Source: Albugo candida (Eukaryota). From it: DNA of 64,000 nucleotides. Position numbers and translations under genes: made by a program. The stretch spans positions 124,001 to 188,000 of the forward strand of contig JBDOQK010000046.1 of assembly GCA_040437565.1 (NCBI GenBank), written 5' to 3'. The notes under the pieces were generated by a model that worked only from the letters and a program-made list of their open reading frames with translations, ran no database searches and had not been told where the DNA came from. Of this stretch, positions 62,961 through 64,000 are shown piece after piece (position 1 is the first letter of the stretch; every line of letters starts with the position of its first letter).

Positions 62961-64000
62961 GTGACGAATAAAATCTGCCGAAGCGCAGAATTCAGATCAC
63001 TGTTAGTTTTCAGCTGATGTTCACAAAGTAAGAATGACGGACTCCATCGAGAAGCGCACACCAAGGATATCACCTGCTTTATCGCCAATATTACCTAGAA
63101 AGCGTATTTGAATAACTTATTAAAAGCTGCAAAAAAGATAAAAATCTACCTCGAAGAGTCGCGCACAATTCGTGATGAATGTGGGTCTAACAGCTGGTGA
63201 GTACTCTATGCATAGCACTATAGCAACGCAAAACATTAAGAGAAGGAAACTTCTAGGACAGGCATACTGCATTGCATTAAGGTCCTACTGATATGAATTG
63301 TACAATCCTGATGCCGTGATCGCAACTTTCTCGGATCCAAACACAAGAAGTAGGTCGGAAAGGTAGAAATATAAGCAATACTTTCCGGCCCCTTGTCCTG
63401 ATTCAAGCAGTGTCTATCGATGCAATCTATAGTGCAGAGCTTCAGTCAGCAGGTCATGCTTTCAAGTTACGCAAAAGTGAGCAGGTGTAAGCCCAACCAC
63501 ACTTTTCGTTCTCAAATCCCCACCGTAATCTCAAGCATCTTTAAGAAGTATATGTGTATGAACACATTCGTGTATTAGCGCCAACTTTGCTTACGGTCAA
63601 AGTGATGTCTTTGATAACCCTGTTATCAAGGACGAGAGATCGATGCTGTAGTAACATAGGCAGTCAAACCAGTAACTCCAAAATAGGACATCATAAACTC
63701 ACATTATCAGACTCCACGAATCTTTTCAAATTTGGTTTTGACTACATGTACCACCGATCCATCACAATCGTTTTTATATTCTGAAATTCTTGGAGGGTGA
63801 ATTGCGCTTACACGTACCTTAGAGGATCACACATCAGAGTGGTATGCTGCACAAGTATTCCCATTCGGTGCCATCATGTCTGCAACAGACGTGACATAGC
63901 TTACACGAAGCACAAGAAGATGACCGACATACTATACACATATCGAACTTTTACGAAAATCGAGACACGTTAGACAGGAGACTAAATCAATGGAAGACTG

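Overview
Eukaryotic draft-assembly window with short GT-AG introns and thirteen ~100-N gaps. It is almost certainly from an oomycete and most likely from Albugo (white rust), inferred from a CHxC/CxxCxxxxxG effector motif, a FYVE-GAF gene, oomycete-style LTR ends and a flagellar IFT70 gene. The layout is two-compartment. A tightly packed housekeeping block (~19.9-52.4 kb) holds FYVE-GAF, MIT-domain, aspartic protease, PP2C-cNMP-pseudokinase, CBM20-TPS/TPP, nucleotide-sugar transporter, AFF/THD-like, Exo70, METTL6, IFT70, PFK-2/FBPase-2 and GCP2 genes. Both flanks are TE-rich (Copia, Gypsy, LINE, MULE remnants) and carry secreted-type CxxC-module genes and pseudogenes. The most interesting signals are a minus-strand array of CxxC-module effector-like sequences (0.8-19.6 kb) whose homologous blocks occur in permuted order, an R/KLFG-like motif in the one possibly intact member, and CHxC/CCG relics in the right flank. 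All calls are by eye; no searches were run.
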